A DNA stretch of 64,000 nt from Candidatus Pacearchaeota archaeon CG10_big_fil_rev_8_21_14_0_10_34_76 (GTDB lineage: Archaea > Nanobdellota > Nanobdellia > Pacearchaeales > GW2011-AR1). The stretch covers positions 6,553 to 70,552 of the forward strand of contig PFDB01000010.1 in the NCBI GenBank assembly GCA_002763075.1. Reading direction: 5' to 3'. Positions 62,468 through 64,000 of this stretch are shown here, in pieces (position 1 is the first letter of the stretch; each line of letters starts with the position of its first letter). A program made the position numbers and the translations under genes. The notes under the pieces are model-generated. The model was given only the letters and a program-made list of their open reading frames with translations. It was not told where the DNA came from and made no database searches.

Positions 62468-63850
62468 TTACTTGTTAAGAATATCTTCTGAAGGATCAGC
62501 CCCATCTGAATATATTATGAATTTCATCTTATCTTTCATCTTCAATATTTTCTCGCTTATTTTCCATGCTTCTTTTACCTCATCATCCCTAGCAAATAAG
62601 GCCTTATTTCCTTTGATTGCTTCCTCAAGCAAGACAGAATATTCGTCAATGCTATTTGGACCAAATTCCATTTCCCTAGAAAATTCAAAATTAACAAGTT
62701 TTGCATTTTCATCTTTTACAGGGTTTCTAGAATTCATAGATATAGAAACATTCTGCTTAGGATAAATATTGATAATGATTTTGTTATTTCCAAGACCCTC
62801 ATAACCCTTTCCTAAGTTAGCATGATATGGCTTAAAATTTATTCTAATTTGCCCAAATCGTCTCCTAAGTTTTTTCCCAGTACGCAGAACTAATTTTACA
62901 CCATCCCATCTTTTATTCTTACAATTCAATTCTACCTTAGCATATGTTTCAGTCTTCTTTTCTTTCAACCCCTCTTTCTTTATTTCAGAAGTGTAAGACT
63001 TATATTGTCCAATCAAATGATTCCTTGCTGAAGAAACCTCTAGTCCCTTAAGGACATTTATCTTAGCATCATGAATACTCTTAGGGCTTAAATCATCTGG
63101 CCTATCCATCAAAATTAAAGATAAAACTTGGAGCAGATGATTTTGTATCATGTCCCTTATAGCTCCAGCATCATTATAATAATTGATCCTATTTCCTACT
63201 CCTACCTCCTCATTTACTATAACTTGAATACTTTCTACAAACTCCCTATTTAATGTAGAATAAAGTATTGGATTAGTAAAAAAAAGAACATTAAGATTTT
63301 TTACAGTCTCTTTCGCAAGATAATGGTCTATCCTATACACTTCTTCTTCTGAAAAAGTATTATGAATTTTTTTATCCAATAGATTAGAGGACTTAAGATT
63401 ATTACCAAATGGTTTCTCAAATATAATCCTTGTATATCCATTATGTGCTTTATTTAGATTGTATCTTTTCAGATTAGAGACAATTCTTGGAAAAAATTTG
63501 AATCCTGTAGAAAGATAATATATCCTATTGCACCCTCTTGTTTCACAATTTGACATCATTCCTTTAAGTCTCTTAAAACATTCAGGATTTGAAAAGTCTC
63601 CCTCAAGATACTTCACATTGAGCTTGCCTACAAGCTTCCTTTCGTTCTTGTTCCTAATAGATTTAACAAGGAACTTCTTATATTGCTTGTCAGAGAATGA
63701 TTTTCTGGATATCCCAATAAGAGTAGAACTTTTGCTTAAGACTCCCCTATCTACAAGATTCGCAAATGCAGGAACCAACTTTTTTCTAGTAAGGTCTCCA
63801 GTTCCACCAAAAAGAACGAAAGTGACAACCTTTTTTTTATCGTCGTCCAT
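62468..63850 (-). CDS. zwf: glucose-6-phosphate 1-dehydrogenase
   Basis: FVLFGGTGDLTRKKLVPA (NADP site), EKPFG and RIDHYLAKE active-site motifs. TATA-like TTATAAG lies 21 nt upstream. Confidence 0.9.
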   Translation of the reverse strand: MDDDKKKVVTFVLFGGTGDLTRKKLVPAFANLVDRGVLSKSSTLIGISRKSFSDKQYKKFLVKSIRNKNERKLVGKLNVKYLEGDFSNPECFKRLKGMMSNCETRGCNRIYYLSTGFKFFPRIVSNLKRYNLNKAHNGYTRIIFEKPFGNNLKSSNLLDKKIHNTFSEEEVYRIDHYLAKETVKNLNVLFFTNPILYSTLNREFVESIQVIVNEEVGVGNRINYYNDAGAIRDMIQNHLLQVLSLILMDRPDDLSPKSIHDAKINVLKGLEVSSARNHLIGQYKSYTSEIKKEGLKEKKTETYAKVELNCKNKRWDGVKLVLRTGKKLRRRFGQIRINFKPYHANLGKGYEGLGNNKIIINIYPKQNVSISMNSRNPVKDENAKLVNFEFSREMEFGPNSIDEYSVLLEEAIKGNKALFARDDEVKEAWKISEKILKMKDKMKFIIYSDGADPSEDILNK

Positions 63851-63891
63851 AATTTTAAATAACCATCCTGACTTATAAACCTAACTTAAAG

Positions 63892-64000
63892 ATGGTTGAT
63901 AAAAAAGAACTTGTTATTATCGCAGATATATTAAGAAGAGATTCTATAGTTTCAACAACGATTGCAGGCTCTGGCCATCCAACTTCTTGTCTCTCATGTG
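63892..64000 (+). CDS. transketolase N-terminal subunit; the 3' end lies outside the window
   Basis: MVDKKELVIIADILRRDSIVSTTIAGSGHPTSCLSC... matches the transketolase GSGH-x-x-S-x-LS thiamine-diphosphate region. Open to the window end. Confidence 0.5.
   Translation, partial: MVDKKELVIIADILRRDSIVSTTIAGSGHPTSCLSC

Overview
Visibly AT-rich archaeal chromosome segment, probably from a small-genome DPANN-like archaeon. Archaeal markers are a thermosome, r-proteins uL16 (L10e) and eL33 (L35Ae), and a tRNA-Tyr with a C1-G72 pair and an 80-nt intron at position 37/38. First genes carry a TATA-like heptamer exactly 21 nt upstream of the ATG, which implies leaderless mRNAs; genes inside operons use strong GGAGG(TGA) Shine-Dalgarno sites. 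Housekeeping content includes ppsA, an ABC exporter, nucleotide-salvage-type enzymes (two deoxyribosyltransferase-like proteins, Ham1), a VIT1 transporter, a PfkB kinase, a cysteine desulfurase, a corrinoid adenosyltransferase, zwf and the start of a transketolase, plus four tRNAs (Val, Gly, Tyr, Ala). The accessory part has five notable components. (1) A ~16.5-kb extracytoplasmic thiol/copper island (31.4-47.8 kb) holds CopA/CopZ/ArsR, two DsbA-like genes, a DsbB-like gene, cupredoxin and DUF411 proteins, six paralogous polytopic membrane proteins with an intramembrane CxxC or CC motif, and two membrane-tethered C2H2 zinc-finger proteins. Three membrane-anchored wHTH regulators are also involved: one inside the island (42224..42721) and two outside it (49826..50314, 58573..59046). 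(2) A palindromic ACTAGT-core operator sits at a fixed distance from the TATA box at six promoters, inside and outside the island. I consider this candidate transmembrane thiol/metal-sensing regulon the most interesting undescribed system in the window. (3) Four degenerate tRNA-Val 3'-half-like fragments lie in series downstream of the intact tRNA-Val, and a 14-bp duplication of the tRNA-Tyr 3' end sits 1.1 kb away; both look like integration scars. (4) A four-copy interspersed multi-hairpin element shows compensatory base changes. (5) Smaller items: HEPN-MNT and MazEF pairs, an SPFH-centred four-gene operon, a two-HTH protein with nine perfect-length 23-aa repeats, and several tandem paralog pairs of small proteins. 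No CRISPR array, rRNA gene, transposase or integrase was recognised.
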